In this document: piece by piece, positions 63,791 to 64,000 of the stretch
Layout of the letters: every line of letters begins with the position of its first letter
How positions within the stretch are numbered: position 1 is the stretch's first letter
NCBI GenBank assembly: GCA_977017575.1
Contig: CDRNVI010000027.1
Coordinates: 1-64,000 of the forward strand
Reading direction: 5' to 3'
Length of the DNA stretch: 64,000 nt
Source: Paramoeba atlantica
Lineage: Eukaryota; Protista; Discosea
The notes under the pieces: generated by a model
Database searches by the model: none
Told to the model about the DNA's origin: nothing
What the model saw: only the letters and a program-made list of their open reading frames with translations
Program-made: the position numbers and the translations under genes

Positions 63791-63915
63791 TGCCTGAAAC
63801 TGGTCCCATGAACCGAGCTTGTGCGCGCCCGCTTCGCGATCAAAGTTGGATTCCTGTTTTGCTTTAGAGCGAGTTAGAACCATGGAACGTGAGAAAGATT
63901 AAGAAAAGAATTGCT

Positions 63916-63969
63916 CAACAAGGTACAGAAACTGTATCAACAAGGTACAGAAACTGTAGCTTTATCGTT
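63916..63969 (-). other. Tandem spliced-leader-like sequences: 32-nt AACGATAAAGCTACAGTTTCTGTACCTTGTTG followed by a 22-nt truncated copy
   Basis: Read directly on the minus strand; shares AACGAT…AAAGCTACAGTTTCTGTAC with euglenozoan SL exons. Confidence 0.8.
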
Positions 63970-64000
63970 AACGCCGCTGTTTTTTTCTTTTTTTTTCTTC

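Overview
Eukaryotic, heavily transposon-colonised window, probably from a euglenozoan (kinetoplastid-like) protist. This is inferred from repeated matches to a spliced-leader exon (…ACAGTTTCTGTACCTTGTTG), intronless host genes and TATE/CRE-type retroelements; the species cannot be named from sequence alone. Only two clear host genes are present, SHMT and a small membrane protein (21.9-24.4 kb, minus strand). The rest is nested mobile DNA: (1) at least 8 diverged CRE-clade-like RT + restriction-like-endonuclease retrotransposons or fragments; (2) a decayed R2/NeSL-superfamily element; (3) a near-complete TATE/DIRS-like tyrosine-recombinase retrotransposon plus a second remnant; (4) Tc1/IS630 transposons with hand-counted DD32E, DD34E and DD48E spacings; (5) MITEs and foldbacks; (6) a 5.3-kb (TATC)n array. 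The most unusual signals are relict, sometimes tandem, spliced leaders heading retroposed segments; a covarying RNA motif repeated about 14 times in (ATC)n-tailed SINE-like elements and CRE 5' regions; a pogo-like TIR element whose CENP-B-type DNA-binding domain is followed by a Ulp1/SUMO-type protease instead of a transposase core; and a Tudor/SH3-like domain shared by CRE-like and TATE-like proteins. All domain calls are by eye from motifs; no database searches were run.
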